A stretch of 64,000 nucleotides of DNA, taken from contig OZ242005.1 in assembly GCA_965204725.1 (NCBI GenBank), positions 4,160,001 through 4,224,000 of the forward strand, written 5' to 3'. The notes under the pieces were generated by a model, which saw only the letters and a list, made by a program, of their open reading frames with translations, ran no database searches and was not told the origin of the DNA. Both the position numbers and the translations under genes were made by a program. Each line of letters begins with the position of its first letter. Within the stretch, counting starts at the first letter, position 1. Source of the DNA: Candidatus Latescibacterota bacterium. Its GTDB lineage: Bacteria > Latescibacterota > UBA2968 > UBA8231. Positions 37,300 to 47,479 of this stretch are shown here, one piece after another.

Positions 37300-38871
37300 A
37301 TGCGTTTTTTTAACACGAGTGGTCCGGTGGTGGCCGACGATCACTACTGCATCCCGCCGTTGGAGCGGCTGAACCTTGCTGAGGTGCGCCGGCTCATTCG
37401 CGACAAACGCTACTTCGTCCTACATGCGCCGCGACAGACGGGCAAGACCTCGGCCCTGCTGGCTCTGCGCGACCTGCTCAACGCCGAAGGGAACTATGGC
37501 TGCGTGTACGTCAACGTGGAGGGCGCACAAGCCCTGCGCGGAGACGTGGAACAGGCGATGCAGGTCATCTTAGGCGAACTGGCGTCTTGGGCGCGTTCGA
37601 CGCTGGGCGACGAGTTTCTGAACGATATTTGGTCGGACATCCTCGCCCAATTCGGCGCGGGTGCGCTGCGCGAGGCCCTGACGCGCTGGTCGGCGGCGGC
37701 TACCAAACCGCTGGTGCTGCTGATCGACGAAATCGATGCCCTGATCGGCGATTCGCTGCTGTCGGTGCTGCGGCAGTTGCGGGCGGGCTACGTGCGTCGG
37801 CCCGGAGAATTTCCGCAGAGCGTGGTGTTGTGCGGGGTGCGCGACGTGCGCGATTACCGCATTCAATCAACGGCCGAGAACGCCATCATCACCGGCGGCA
37901 GCGCGTTCAACATCAAGGCGCGGTCGTTGCGGCTGGGCGACTTTTCCCGCGAGGAGGTGTTCGCCTTGCTGGGTCAGCACACCGCCGAGACCGGCCAAGC
38001 ATTCACCGCCGAGGCGGTGGAGACGGTGTGGACGCAGACCCAAGGGCAGCCGTGGCTAGTCAACGCACTGGCCGACGAAGCCTGCTTTTACGGCGACGCC
38101 CAAGACCGACGCCATCCGGTCACGGCCGATGCCATCCTCGCCGCGCAAGAGCAACTCATTCTGCGGCGCGAGACCCATCTGGACCAGTTGGCCGATAAGC
38201 TGCAAGAAGAGCGCGTCCGGCGCGTCGTCGAGCCTTTGCTGAGCGGCAGTCAAGCGCACTCCATGCCCTCCGACGACTTGATGTATGTCCGCGATTTGGG
38301 CCTGCTCAGCGCAGACAACCCGGCGCGTATTGCCAATCCCATATACCGAGAGGTCATTCCACGCGAGCTGATCCACACTACTCAAGCGACATTGGCCCAA
38401 GACCCGGCTTGGTATGTGGATGCGGCCGGCGGCTTGGACTTGGGTAAGCTGTTGTCGGCGTTTCAGGCGTTCTTCCGCGAGCACTCCGAGCACTGGGTGG
38501 AGCGGTTCGACTACAAGGAAGCGGGGCCGCAGCTTCTGCTACAAGCCTTTTTGCAGCGCATCGTCAACAGCGGGGGGCGGATCGAGCGGGAGTATGGCTT
38601 GGGGCGGATGCGCACGGATTTGCTCATTGTATGGCCGCAAGGGGAGCAGACGCGCCGGTTCGTCATTGAGTGCAAGGTGCTGCACCAGAGCTTGGAGCAG
38701 ACGATCGTCGCCGGGTTGACGCAGACAGCGGAATACTTGGACCGCTGCGGGGCCGAGGCGGGGCATCTGGTGATTTTCGACCGGCGCGAAGGTCGGCGTT
38801 GGGCCGACAAAGTATTTCACTGCCGCCGGGTAGCCGACAGCGGGGTGGAGATGGATGTTTGGGGAATGTGA
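37300..38871 (+). CDS. AAA ATPase fused to C-terminal PD-(D/E)xK-type nuclease
   Basis: FFNTSGP, Walker A APRQTGKT, Walker B LLIDEID, GQPWLVN; C-terminal REYGLGRMRTDL...FVIECK. Confidence 0.85.
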   Translation: MRFFNTSGPVVADDHYCIPPLERLNLAEVRRLIRDKRYFVLHAPRQTGKTSALLALRDLLNAEGNYGCVYVNVEGAQALRGDVEQAMQVILGELASWARSTLGDEFLNDIWSDILAQFGAGALREALTRWSAAATKPLVLLIDEIDALIGDSLLSVLRQLRAGYVRRPGEFPQSVVLCGVRDVRDYRIQSTAENAIITGGSAFNIKARSLRLGDFSREEVFALLGQHTAETGQAFTAEAVETVWTQTQGQPWLVNALADEACFYGDAQDRRHPVTADAILAAQEQLILRRETHLDQLADKLQEERVRRVVEPLLSGSQAHSMPSDDLMYVRDLGLLSADNPARIANPIYREVIPRELIHTTQATLAQDPAWYVDAAGGLDLGKLLSAFQAFFREHSEHWVERFDYKEAGPQLLLQAFLQRIVNSGGRIEREYGLGRMRTDLLIVWPQGEQTRRFVIECKVLHQSLEQTIVAGLTQTAEYLDRCGAEAGHLVIFDRREGRRWADKVFHCRRVADSGVEMDVWGM

Positions 38872-38880
38872 GCGGGAGGC

Positions 38881-38912
38881 AGGGCTTGATTGCGAGGCCC
38901 GAATCAAGCCCT
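38881..38912. terminator. 11-bp stem hairpin after the AAA gene
   Basis: AGGGCTTGATT-10nt-AATCAAGCCCT. Confidence 0.55.
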
Positions 38913-38954
38913 CTCCTAACAGCCTGCTTTCGCTTTTGGGCAACGACCGCGACC

Positions 38955-39179
38955 GCTTCTAACCATCGGGCGGTCCACGAAATCCCGCCAGCCCTCTCCG
39001 GCGAGGAAATTCAGGGCCGTAGAAAGGAGAACCGTGGAGTCTATGCCGACCGCGGTGCCGTAGGTAGCGGTGCGGACGAGGATGTGTGCGGTGCCAGGTT
39101 GGGGCCATCAGAATATACTGCGGGGATACCCCCGCTTCAATCGCTGGGACAGCCTTTTCCCGTCGTCAACTTGGGGCAT
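38955..39179 (-). pseudogene. Truncated 5' fragment of a paralog of the adjacent GT-C-like membrane gene
   Basis: Encodes GTAHILVRTATYGTAVGIDSTVLLSTALNFLAGEGWRDF, highly similar to ~40990-41105. Confidence 0.75.
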
Positions 39180-39185
39180 CCGGTA

Positions 39186-41169
39186 TCACCGGCCCGGCGA
39201 AAACTCCGCTTCCCAGACGGTGCGGTTGTCTTTGGAGATCCACTGGCCGGTCTGGATGCGGTCGATGGGGTAAGTGGGGAGATGGGCGATCGCAATACAC
39301 TGGTCGCCCAGCCGGAAGTTGAGGGATTTCCAAAGAGAACTCCAGCGGAAATAGAAGTCGAGATTCTCCGAACCGTACGGTTGGCGGTCGGCGGGCAGGT
39401 CGGCCGGGTCGGCCGGGACGACGTGCAAAATGAACTTGGCCTGCACGTCGGCGGGGGCGCATGGCTCTTTGCGGTAGATCAGCTTGCGTCCGGTGCGGTA
39501 CACGGTCCAGCCGGCACGGACCACTCGCTCGCTGGCCTGTTGGATGAGTTGGTTCACGTAGCGTTGTTTCCGAGCGCGAATCCTATCTTCGTCGAAGGGT
39601 GCGGCGGCTGTGCGGCGGAGTACGAAGCCGTCGGGCAGTTCGGCTACGACTTCTATGCCGGGCAGGAGACGGAGGTCCAAGGTGTCGTAGCCGAGAGAAG
39701 CTCGATAGGGCGACTTACCAAACCAAACGATATGCGCTCCGACCTCGATCTCGGCCCACCTCATCTTGCGCGGGATGTTTCTGTACTCTCTCGACTTTCT
39801 TAGGGCGGCAGTCCGATCCCAAAACCAAGCAATCCCGTCCCTGTTGCTGTAAATCCTGCCCTCGATATTGTCCCGGATATATTTCAGGGTCTCGGAGTGT
39901 TGGAAGCGGGCGGCATTGTACGGCCAGTCGCTGTACCCGGTGCCATAAGCTTGGGCGGTACGACCGAGGTTTGCTCGCGCCGAGAAGCCGACGTGGGCGA
40001 GGGTGGCCAGCACGACGAGGGACGCCAACCCGTAGCGGCCAGCCCCCAGCCAGCCCGTCGCCTTGATGGACAGGAACCGATCGAGCAAAAACACGGCCGT
40101 CAACAGCAGCGGCACGTATATCGGCAGTAGGTAGCGGCTATCGATGCCCTGTGCAACCGTGAGCGGCACGACGACGATGAGAAATACGAGGTAGAGCACG
40201 GCGAACCCCCCGAAAGGGAGAACCGGTCCCAACCCGAAGGACAGCGGCGCGGCCTCTGGGTCCTTCCGGCCGTTGTCGCTTGGGATGCGGGCGGCGCGGA
40301 GGATGACCGCCCCGCTGGCGAGGCCGACCGCGGCGACCGCCAGCCCCAGCAGATACGCCAACCCATCCGGCGTTGGGGGGACGATCCACGTGCGGAATTC
40401 CTCGACGGTCTGGCGCAGCCCATCGTCTGGGTACTGCCCCAGAGGCCTTAGGTGCCTTGTTCTGTCCCCGGTGGCTTGGGTCAGGTGCCCGGTGGCCGCC
40501 CAGTTGTGCGCCAATACCGCCAGCAGGGGCACAGACGAGATCGCGCCAAAGACGACGGTTTGCTTGCGCCGGGTGAGGCAGCAGGATGAGGACGCCAGTG
40601 CCAATCAACGCCACACCCGGCCAGCGGGTCAGGGCGGCCAGCGCGGTGAAAACCGCGCCTAACAGCAGGGGCGCGGTCGTCCTTCGGTTGAGGAAGGCCG
40701 CCAATTGGATCAAGGCGAGGAGCGTCAACAGGACAAAGAGGGGCTCGGTTATGAGGTGAGACGCCCAATAGGTCAAGGGCAAGGAAGCCACGAGGGTCGC
40801 AGTGGCGGCCAGCACCAACCACTGCGACCGGAGATTTGAGCGCAGCCAGCCCCCCGCGGCGAGGATGGTCAGCCCGAAGGCCGCGGCGTTGATCCACCGA
40901 CCTGCTTCCAGCGGATCGAGGCCGACCCAACCGAAGGCCGCCAGCAACAGGGGGAACAAGGGCGGCCATCCTACCATCGGGCCGCCCGAAAAATCCCGCC
41001 AGCCCTCTCCCGCAAGGAAGTTCAGGGGCGTGGATAGGAAAATTATAGAGTCCACGGTGATGACCGGGCCGTAGGTGGCGGTGCGGACGAGGATGTGTGC
41101 GGTGCCCAGCCCGGCGAGGACGACGATGAGCAGGGGGAAGCGGGCGAGCCACTTCTCCCCCTCTCTCAT
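39186..41169 (-). pseudogene. Frameshifted ArnT/PMT (GT-C, GT39-like) membrane glycosyltransferase with C-terminal soluble domain
   Basis: N-half (DS..F, WPPLFPLLLA, TEPLF, ALTRWPG) and C-half (DSRYLLPIYVP) are in different frames, shift near 40577; could be a sequencing error. Confidence 0.7.
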
Positions 41170-41346
41170 AAATTTATAAAAAACAATCACTTACGTCTTT
41201 AGTAGCCAAAAATTAGTGAACGTTTGGGAAGGAATTTTTAGGTCGGCCAGAACTTATCTATGCGCTTCTAGCCCTGTTCTATCGAGTTGACAATCAGATG
41301 CTTGCCGTGCCGAAACATCCGCAAGCGGTGCGTGATAATTCTCTTT

Positions 41347-44295
41347 TTAGCGGGTGCCCGCCTGCCCTCCGGCGGCCTCATGGTGCGCCCTGAGCAGTTC
41401 GTCGAGAGCTTTAGAGGTATCCAAGTAATTGGACCATTCATAAGGCGTCATGCCAAAGCGCCGATCCCCCACCAGTGGGTCCGCGCCCCGCGCCAAGAGC
41501 AGGCGAGCGATCGCTAGCTGGTCGGCCATGACGGTTTTGTGCAGCGACGTACTGCCGCGGTCGTACCGGCTAAACCCACCGGCCAACCCATTAACATCTG
41601 CACCACGATCCAGCAGGAACTCCGCCGCTTCCAGCGCGCCGCTATAAGCCGCAAAATTGAGTGCTTCTACCATAATCTGCTCGGCGGTAAGCACGGCGTC
41701 CGGGTCCGGGTGGTAGAGGTGGCTAATCCCCTCTTTTAGCCTGCCCTCCGAGTCGAAGAACTCGGCCATCAGGTCAACGCGGTTGACGCCAGCGGCAAAG
41801 CGCAAATCTACGGCCGCCCCCTCGGCGACCAACATGTGCGCCAAGTCTAGATCCCTCTCCCTGAGCGCGTTCCATAACATTCGTCCCCGGTCGCGGTTCA
41901 CATCCACGCCGTTGGACACTAGGAGTCGGACCATTTCGGGCTTGCGCTCGGCCCATTCGAGTTGATCGCTTTCTATGAACAGGTCCAGCACGGAGACCGA
42001 GTCGTACGTGGCGGCGTTGGGGTCGGCACCGGCTGAGAGCAGAGCCGCGGCCAGTTCAGCCGCGTTTGCGGGCAGCGGCACTCGCTGTGGCTCGCCGGCC
42101 AAGTGGTGCAAGAGCGTGGCACCGCGAAAGCGCGGGTATTCGTAATACTCGTCGAAGTAGCCGCGAGCCGTCGTTAGCTCGGGGTACTCGGCGAGTAGCT
42201 TCTCAAGGGTCTCAACGTCGCCAGCATCAAGGGCTTCTACTGCTTCGTAGTAGGCTTGGTGGTCAGCGTCGCCGCGGTCTCGGCCTTGAGGCGGCAGTTC
42301 CTCGCCGTCGTGCGGAATGGCTAAGGCGACTAATTCGGGCGGACGCCTCCGGTTGCCCAGCGGCACGACCACGTATTGGCGACCGCCGGCTGTATAGCTC
42401 ATCGGCGCACCATAGGCGTTGCTGGGCAATTCGACGCGGCCAATCTCCGCACCGGACGCCAGTTCGTACGCCCGCAGATACGCATCGCGATCTACGAAGT
42501 AATCCTCGCCAACGTCGGCTAGGTCGCGTGGGTCCTGCGAAGTCGCCAACAGGAGGTTCGGCGTCGCCAAGATGAAGGTGCGGTTGTCCCAGCCCATATC
42601 GGGCAAGTCGAGGTCCTTGAGGGCCGGGTGATCGACCGGACCTTTGCCCACCGTCGCCCGCCATATATGCTCCCCGTTGTTGAGGTCAATCGCCGTGATG
42701 CTGCCGTAGGGCGGCTTGACCAGCGGCAAGCCCCGAGGGCCGACGACATCCTCATCAACGCGAGCAGAAAACGCCGAATGAGCCTCTAGATCCTCTACTC
42801 GGCGCAACTGCACGGTGGTGATGGCCTTATGCGACGGCACGTACAGTACGCCGGTGCGCGGATCGGCCGCACCGCCTGCCCAGTCGGCACCACCCCTTTG
42901 ACCGGGGACTGACAAGACGCTCTTCTCGGTCGGCGGCGTGTAAAGCGGGCCGTAGTCGTATTCAGCGAGAATGGCCTTAGCTTCCTCGCGCAACTCAGGC
43001 GTGAAGTCAATCAGGTCCTCCTCGCGGATGCCTTGAAGCTCAAAGGCCGCTGGTTTGGTCGGAAAAGGCTGTGTCGGCGAAGTCTGTTCCCCCACTACCT
43101 GCGACTGCGGAACTGGCTTTTCGACAATCGGCCAGATCGGCTCGCCCGTAATGCGGTCAAAGACAAAGCAGAAAGCCTGTTTGGTGAGCTGGGCGACAAC
43201 TTTGCGCGCTTGGCCATTGACGACCACGTCTAGCAGCAGGGGAGCAGCCGGCGGGTCATAGTCCCACAGACCGTGGTGAACCAACTGATAATGCCACACC
43301 CGCTCGCCGGTCTCTGCTCTCAGACACACCACTGACTCGCTGAACAGGTTGTCGCCGGGACGCTCGCCGCCGTAGTAGTCATGGCTAGCCGTGCTCACCG
43401 GCAGGTAGAGATAGCCCAACTCCTCGTCGGCTGTCATCGTCGCCCAGACATTGGCCGCGCCGTATTTCTTCCACGCCTCGTTTTCCCATGTCTCGTTGCC
43501 GTACTCGCCCTCCTGCGGGATCGTGTGGAATTCCCACACCTTCTCGCCGGTACGCACGTCAAAGGCTTGCACATCGCCCGGGGGTATGTACTCGGCTGGC
43601 GGCCGACCCCGCACATCTACGATCGCCGAGCCAACGGCAACCACATCGCGGCATACCACGGGCGGTGCCGTAACTCCGTAGCCCCTGCGATCCTGTTCGC
43701 TCAACGGCCGACGCAGCAGGGCACCCAAATCAACGCGCCCGCCCTCGCCAAAAGTCGAGTCGGGAATGCCGGTCTTAGCGTCAATGGAATATAGATGGGC
43801 GGTCGACGTCGCCAGAAACACCCGCTCAACCTCGCCATCGGTCCAATAGCTCACCCCGCGCGAGTTGCCCAAGAAAAAGGAACCAGCCTTCCAAGCCTCC
43901 GGGTCGAAAGCCCACAACTCCTCGCCACTTTGGCCGTCAATGGCCGAGAGGATGTTGAAGGGCGAGCCATAGTAGAGCACACCATTCACGGCGACCGGCG
44001 TGGCGCGGTTATTGTCGAAACGGAGGCTAGAACGACCGCGCCGCCGACCTCCCCGGCCCCGATCCCGGCCTCGGCTCGCTCTAGCCGTCTCGTAGAGCTG
44101 CTGATCGCGGGGCCGATAACGCCAGACCACGCGCAACGAATCGAAGTTGTCGCGATGGATCTGGTCCGCCGGGGTGTAGCGGGTGCCACCCTGATCGGCC
44201 CCGTAGTACGGCCAATCAACCTCGTCGGCAAACGCCGCCGCGGCGAGCAACAGCGACAACAAGATCGACAAGGTCCTACAGGCGCGTTTATTCAT
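41347..44295 (-). CDS. PQQ-dependent (glucose/quinate-type) dehydrogenase fused to C-terminal ankyrin repeats, copy 2
   Basis: Signal peptide MNKRAC; WPYYGAD..GTRY, NVWATMTADEELG, WHYQLVHHGLWDYD, KPPYG; ankyrin motifs GATLLHH, GADPNA, LLDRGADVN, STSLH. Confidence 0.88.
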   Translation of the reverse strand: MNKRACRTLSILLSLLLAAAAFADEVDWPYYGADQGGTRYTPADQIHRDNFDSLRVVWRYRPRDQQLYETARASRGRDRGRGGRRRGRSSLRFDNNRATPVAVNGVLYYGSPFNILSAIDGQSGEELWAFDPEAWKAGSFFLGNSRGVSYWTDGEVERVFLATSTAHLYSIDAKTGIPDSTFGEGGRVDLGALLRRPLSEQDRRGYGVTAPPVVCRDVVAVGSAIVDVRGRPPAEYIPPGDVQAFDVRTGEKVWEFHTIPQEGEYGNETWENEAWKKYGAANVWATMTADEELGYLYLPVSTASHDYYGGERPGDNLFSESVVCLRAETGERVWHYQLVHHGLWDYDPPAAPLLLDVVVNGQARKVVAQLTKQAFCFVFDRITGEPIWPIVEKPVPQSQVVGEQTSPTQPFPTKPAAFELQGIREEDLIDFTPELREEAKAILAEYDYGPLYTPPTEKSVLSVPGQRGGADWAGGAADPRTGVLYVPSHKAITTVQLRRVEDLEAHSAFSARVDEDVVGPRGLPLVKPPYGSITAIDLNNGEHIWRATVGKGPVDHPALKDLDLPDMGWDNRTFILATPNLLLATSQDPRDLADVGEDYFVDRDAYLRAYELASGAEIGRVELPSNAYGAPMSYTAGGRQYVVVPLGNRRRPPELVALAIPHDGEELPPQGRDRGDADHQAYYEAVEALDAGDVETLEKLLAEYPELTTARGYFDEYYEYPRFRGATLLHHLAGEPQRVPLPANAAELAAALLSAGADPNAATYDSVSVLDLFIESDQLEWAERKPEMVRLLVSNGVDVNRDRGRMLWNALRERDLDLAHMLVAEGAAVDLRFAAGVNRVDLMAEFFDSEGRLKEGISHLYHPDPDAVLTAEQIMVEALNFAAYSGALEAAEFLLDRGADVNGLAGGFSRYDRGSTSLHKTVMADQLAIARLLLARGADPLVGDRRFGMTPYEWSNYLDTSKALDELLRAHHEAAGGQAGTR

Positions 44296-44432
44296 CGGAT
44301 TTTCCTTTTCCGTGCTGGATGCCGCTTCAAGAACTTCGCGCAGGGCGTCGTTACCGTAGGGCGTGAGGCGTCTCGTCCCAGCACACGGAACCGATTCAAG
44401 GAGCCGCGCTCCGGCGGTCAAGTAGCGGCATC

Positions 44433-47354
44433 CTAGCGGGTGCCCGCCTTCTCTACGGCGGCCTCATGGTGCGCTCTGAGCAACTCGTCAAGAGCCTTAG
44501 AAGTATCCAAGTAGTTGGTCCACCCATAAGGCGTGGTGTCATAGCTTTGGTCCCCCACGAGCGGGTTCGCCCCCCGCGCCAAAAGGAACTGGGCCATCGC
44601 TAGCTGGTCGGCCATGACGGTTTTGTGCAGCGGCGTACTGCCATGGTCGTACCGATGAAACTCACCGGCAAAGCCGTCAATGTCCGCACCGCGATCCAGC
44701 AAAAACTCCGCCGCTTCCAACGCGCCGCTATAAGCCGCAAAATTGAGTGCTTCCACCACAATCTGCTCGGCGGTGAGCACGGTGTCCGGGTCCGGGTGGT
44801 AGAGGTGTCCGATTCCTTCTTTCAACTGGCCCTCCGGGTCAAAGAACTCGGCCATCAGGTCAACGCGGTTGACCCCAGCGGCAAAGCGCAAATCTACGGC
44901 CGCGCCCGCCGCAACCAACATGCGGGCCAACGCCAAGTCTCTCTCGATAAGCGCGTCCCACAAAACCCGGCCCCGGTTGTGATCTAAATCCACGCCCTCT
45001 GCGACTAAGAGCTGGACCATTTCAGGCTTGCCCTCAGCCCATTCAAGCTGGGCACTTCTTATCACCAAGTCCAGCACGGCGACCGAATCGAGAGTGGCAG
45101 CGTTGGGATCGGCACCTGCTGAGAGCAGGATCGCGGCTAGCTCAGCCGCGTTTTCGGGCAGCGGCACTCGCTGTGGTTCGCCAGCCAGATGGTGCAAGAG
45201 CGTGGCCCCGCGAAAGTACGGATACTCGTAATACTCGTCGAAGTAGCCGCGAGCCGTCGTTAGCTCGGGGTACTCGGTGAGCAGCTTCTCAAGGGCCTCA
45301 ATGTCGCCAGCATCAAGGGCTTCTACCGCCTCGTAAAAGGCTTTGTGGTCAGCGTCGCCACGGTCTCGGCCTTGGGGCGGCAGTTCCTCGCCTTCGCGTG
45401 GAATGGCCAAGGCGACCAATTCGGGCGGACGACCCGCCTCGCCTAGATAGTTGCCCAACGGCACGACCACGTACTGACGACCACCAGCCGTATAGCTCAT
45501 CGGCGCACCATAGGCGTTGCTGGGCAATTCGACGCGGCCTATCTCCGCGCCGGACGCCAGTTCGTACGCCCGCAGATACGCATCGCGATCGACGAAATAA
45601 TCCTCGCCAGCGTCGGCTAGGCCGTGCGGGTCCTGCGAAGTGGCCAACAAGAGGTTCGGCGTGGCTAAGACGAAGGTGCGGTTGTCCCAGCCCATATCCG
45701 GCAAATCGAGGTCCTTGAGCGCCGGGTGATTGACCGGACCTTTGCCCACCGTCGTCCGCCATACATGCTCCCCACTGTTGAGGTCAATGGCCGTGATGCT
45801 ACCGTAGGGCGGCTTGACCAGCGGCAGGCCCCGAGGACCGACGACGTGCATGTTGTTGCTAGCATAAAACGCCGAATGAGCCTCCGGGTCCTCTACCCGA
45901 TGCAGCTTCACGGTGGTGATGGCCTTATGCGACGGCACGTACAGCACACCAGTGCGCGGATCGGCCGCACCGCCCGCCCAGTCGGCACCACCCCATTGGC
46001 CGGGAACCGACAAGACGCCCTTCTCAGTCGGCGGCGTGTAGAGCGGACCGTAGTCATATTCGGCGAGAATGGCCTTAGCTTCCTCGCGCAACTCAGGCGT
46101 GAAGTCAATCAGGTCCTCCTCGCGGATGCCTTGAAGCTCAAAGGCCGCTGGTTTGGTCGGAAAAGGCTGCGTCGGCGCGGTCTGTTCGCTTGGCACCTGC
46201 GATTGAGGCACCGGCTTTTCGACAATCGGCCAGATCGGCTCGCCAGTAACGCGGTCAAAGACAAAGCAAAAGCCCTGCTTGGTAAGCTGGGCGACGACCT
46301 TGCGCGCTTGACCATCGACGACCACGTCCAACAGCAGGGGAGCAGTCGGCGGGTCGTAGTCCCACAGACCGTGGTGAACCAACTGATAGTGCCACACCCG
46401 CTCGCCGGTCTCGGCCTCTAGACAGACCACCGACTCGCTGAACAGGTTGTCGCCGGGACGCTCGCCGCCGTAGTAGTCGTGGCTGGCCGTGCTCACCGGC
46501 AGGTAGAGGTAGCCCAACTCCTCGTCGGCGGTCATCGTCGCCCAGACATTGGCCGCACCGTATTTCTTCCACGCCTCGTTTTCCCACGTTTCGTTGCCGT
46601 ATTCGCCCTCTAACGGAATCGTGTGAAACTCCCACACCTTCTCGCCGGTACGCACGTCGAAGGCCTGCACGTCGCCGGGGGGCGTGTACTCGGCCGGCGG
46701 CCCAAAGCGCCAGTCGCCCATGGCCGAGCCAACAGCGACCACGCCGCGACAAATCACGGGCGGGGACGTGACTCCGTAGTTCCAGCGGTCCTCCATGCCC
46801 AGCGGCCGACGCAACGAGGCCCCCAAATCGACGCGCCCGCCTTCGCCAAAAGTCGAGTCGGGAACGCCTGTCTTGGCGTCGATGGAATACAGATAGGAGG
46901 TCGAAGTCGCCAGAAATACCCGCTCGACCTCGCCATCGGTCCAATAGCTCACCCCGCGCAAATTGCCCAAGAAGCGGAAATTCATCTGCCAAGCCTCTGG
47001 GTCAAAGGTCCACAGTTCCTCACCGCTTTGGCCGTCGAGGGCCACGAGAATGTTGAAGGGCGAGCCATAGTAGAGCACGCCATTCACGGCGAGCGGTGTG
47101 CCGCGGTTGTTGTCAAAGTGGAGATTGCGTCCCACCGGATTGGGGCCAGCCGTCTCGTAGAGCTGCTGGTCGGGGGGCCGGTAGCGCCAGATCACGCGCA
47201 ACTGATCGAAGTTGTCGCGATGGAGCTGGTCCGCCGGGGTGTAACGGGTGCCGCCTTGGTCGGCTCCGTAGTACGGCCAACCAACATCGCCGGCAAACGC
47301 CGCCACCGCGACCGACAACAACGCCAGCAAAGCCCCACAGGCTCGTTTGTTCAT
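44433..47354 (-). CDS. PQQ-dependent dehydrogenase fused to C-terminal ankyrin repeats, copy 1
   Basis: Same architecture; long stretches near-identical to 41347-44295; ankyrin TPLH motif. Confidence 0.88.
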   Translation of the reverse strand: MNKRACGALLALLSVAVAAFAGDVGWPYYGADQGGTRYTPADQLHRDNFDQLRVIWRYRPPDQQLYETAGPNPVGRNLHFDNNRGTPLAVNGVLYYGSPFNILVALDGQSGEELWTFDPEAWQMNFRFLGNLRGVSYWTDGEVERVFLATSTSYLYSIDAKTGVPDSTFGEGGRVDLGASLRRPLGMEDRWNYGVTSPPVICRGVVAVGSAMGDWRFGPPAEYTPPGDVQAFDVRTGEKVWEFHTIPLEGEYGNETWENEAWKKYGAANVWATMTADEELGYLYLPVSTASHDYYGGERPGDNLFSESVVCLEAETGERVWHYQLVHHGLWDYDPPTAPLLLDVVVDGQARKVVAQLTKQGFCFVFDRVTGEPIWPIVEKPVPQSQVPSEQTAPTQPFPTKPAAFELQGIREEDLIDFTPELREEAKAILAEYDYGPLYTPPTEKGVLSVPGQWGGADWAGGAADPRTGVLYVPSHKAITTVKLHRVEDPEAHSAFYASNNMHVVGPRGLPLVKPPYGSITAIDLNSGEHVWRTTVGKGPVNHPALKDLDLPDMGWDNRTFVLATPNLLLATSQDPHGLADAGEDYFVDRDAYLRAYELASGAEIGRVELPSNAYGAPMSYTAGGRQYVVVPLGNYLGEAGRPPELVALAIPREGEELPPQGRDRGDADHKAFYEAVEALDAGDIEALEKLLTEYPELTTARGYFDEYYEYPYFRGATLLHHLAGEPQRVPLPENAAELAAILLSAGADPNAATLDSVAVLDLVIRSAQLEWAEGKPEMVQLLVAEGVDLDHNRGRVLWDALIERDLALARMLVAAGAAVDLRFAAGVNRVDLMAEFFDPEGQLKEGIGHLYHPDPDTVLTAEQIVVEALNFAAYSGALEAAEFLLDRGADIDGFAGEFHRYDHGSTPLHKTVMADQLAMAQFLLARGANPLVGDQSYDTTPYGWTNYLDTSKALDELLRAHHEAAVEKAGTR

Positions 47355-47479
47355 GCTTTCTCCTCTCTACGGCTTGTTCACACGCCCCGAGGTGGATTTC
47401 AGACAGCTTCTAAGCGAAGGACGAGTTGGTATTAAACAGTGTCAACGGGGCCGTTCGTCGCAACGACCCTCTACGAGCT

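Noticed and set aside
38670-39803. 377-aa plus-strand ORF
   Set aside because: Antisense to the GT-C pseudogenes and crosses a hairpin; no recognisable domain
41347-47354. PQQ paralog pair as DGR template/variable repeats or an assembly duplication
   Set aside because: No reverse transcriptase; differences are not adenine-specific and include many synonymous changes and indels
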